Part shown: one piece after another, positions 15,098 through 16,110 of the stretch | Layout of the letters: every line of letters starts with the position of its first letter | Position numbering within the stretch: position 1 is the stretch's first letter | Assembly (NCBI GenBank): GCA_040758355.1 | Contig: JBFLWF010000040.1 | Coordinates: forward strand, 1-16,110 | DNA: 16,110 nt | From: Nitrospirota bacterium | GTDB taxonomy: Bacteria; Nitrospirota; Thermodesulfovibrionia; Thermodesulfovibrionales; Dissulfurispiraceae | Direction: 5' to 3' | Program-made: the position numbers and the translations under genes | The notes under the pieces: model-generated | Database searches by the model: none | Seen by the model: the letters and a program-made list of their open reading frames with translations, nothing else | Told to the model about the DNA's origin: nothing

Positions 15098-15106
15098 TGT
15101 TATAAT
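15098..15106 (+). promoter_or_regulatory. Extended -10 promoter of MNT-HEPN pair 2 (probably leaderless)
   Basis: TGTTATAAT, 7 nt before ATG 15114; no SD present. Confidence 0.65.
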
Positions 15107-15113
15107 TTAATCC

Positions 15114-15506
15114 ATGAAAGAACAATCTGTTAAAGAACTATCCGAAAAGCTCACTGCAATATTTCATAAAACAGAGGGAGTGAAATTTGCATATTTATTC
15201 GGCTCCTTTGCGCGGGGAGATGAGTTTCCCTTTAGCGATATAGATATAGCGGTTTATTTGAGCGGGAGGGCGTCTCTTGCCGATGAATTAAGACTATACT
15301 CTATTATTGGCAGAGAGCTTAAGCACGATAACGTTGATCTGCTCATACTCAACAATACAAATAACATCATACTTCTTGATGATATTGTCAGATACGGGAA
15401 AGTGGTTTGCGATAGAAACCCTTCTTTAAGAGAATCCTTCGAGTTGCGGGTCTTGCATGATGCTATAGACTTCAAGTATCAAAGGAAGGTCTTTGCCGGA
15501 AGATGA
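15114..15506 (+). CDS. mntA: MntA-family adenylyltransferase antitoxin
   Basis: AYLFGS-x10-DID (GSFARGDEFPFSDID) and VDLLILN. ATGA overlap with the toxin gene. Confidence 0.88.
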   Translation: MKEQSVKELSEKLTAIFHKTEGVKFAYLFGSFARGDEFPFSDIDIAVYLSGRASLADELRLYSIIGRELKHDNVDLLILNNTNNIILLDDIVRYGKVVCDRNPSLRESFELRVLHDAIDFKYQRKVFAGR

Positions 15507-15910
15507 CAGAGCAGATAATGATAAAAATTGAGAAAATTATGGAGTATAAAAAGATACTCGATAACATGAAAGAAGATTGCATCGATAAGTTTTTAAAAGA
15601 CCCTGTCTATAGGGGAGCGGTTTTACATTACCTGTATCTAATAGCAGATTCATGTGTCAGCCTTGCGGAAATGATTATTCGGGATAAAGGGTTGAGGACG
15701 CCTCAAAGCTATCATGAGGCCATAGATATACTGGGTGAAAATAAAATTATACCACCTGATTTTGCCTATGAATTTGCAAATATCGCGTCTTTCAGAAACC
15801 TTCTTGCACATGATTATGAAAAAATAGATTATTTGAAGATATGCGGAGAGGTTCTTGGTAAACTTGATGACATTTCCAGATATATAGATTATATCAAGGG
15901 AAATTATTAG
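15503..15910 (+). CDS. hepT: HepT/DUF86-family HEPN RNase toxin
   Basis: P.SY.EAI..L and a canonical Rx4HxY motif (FRNLLAHDY). Confidence 0.88.
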   Translation: MTEQIMIKIEKIMEYKKILDNMKEDCIDKFLKDPVYRGAVLHYLYLIADSCVSLAEMIIRDKGLRTPQSYHEAIDILGENKIIPPDFAYEFANIASFRNLLAHDYEKIDYLKICGEVLGKLDDISRYIDYIKGNY

Positions 15911-15938
15911 AAAAATTCGCCCGTGCAGTTTTCATACC

Positions 15939-15968
15939 TCCCTCCTTCCCAAACCCTTATCTTTTTGA
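15939..15968 (+). repeat. 30-bp direct repeat, copy 2
   Basis: TCCCTCCTTCCCAAACCCTTATCTTTTTGA, 880 bp after copy 1. Confidence 0.92.
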
Positions 15969-16110
15969 TATACTTTTTTATACCAAGGCTGTTCAATAAC
16001 AGCGAATAGTTTTTGACAAGGAGTTAACAAACTGGGCAAATCAGACAACAAGGCAATGCAAACCGCAACTACAGCACATAATAACCTCAAACAACGCGGC
16101 TTCAAGTCCG

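Noticed and set aside
219..15475. Numerous antisense or alternative-frame ORFs in the track (e.g. 1118-1606, 2958-3488, 7612-7965, 13989-14417)
   Set aside because: They overlap well-supported genes and have no recognisable motifs; treated as shadow ORFs.
15059..15968. CRISPR array or integron attC interpretation of the repeats
   Set aside because: Only two copies 880 bp apart, no spacer periodicity, no cas or intI gene, and no RYYYAAC...GTTRRRY palindromic structure.

Overview
This window is a type IV filament locus of the MSHA-pilus/T2SS-like class. The host may be a Nitrospirota/Desulfobacterota-like bacterium; this is an impression from gene content only. It opens with the right end of an ISL3-family IS (1-124). 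A + strand assembly operon follows: PilO/MshJ-like, MshK-like, MshL-type lipoprotein secretin, MshE/GspE ATPase with an MshEN domain, MshG/PilC platform, and an ExeA/MshM AAA ATPase with a C-terminal SH3b domain. Next is a convergent - strand pair (TPR MshN-like protein and lytic transglycosylase). Two tandem paralogous pilins lie downstream of a sigma70 promoter and a c-di-GMP-II riboswitch-like leader. After them come a PglL-type O-oligosaccharyltransferase and a 672-aa pilin-Ig fusion sandwiched between two different MNT-HEPN toxin-antitoxin pairs. The most unusual signal is a set of short degenerate tandem repeats (periods 6-9 nt, often arranged as inverted arms) found at gene junctions and gene termini. 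They supply stop codons and signal-peptide sequence. One tract is bounded by an 8-bp direct repeat like an insertion, and one 30-bp element flanks a TA cassette as a direct repeat.
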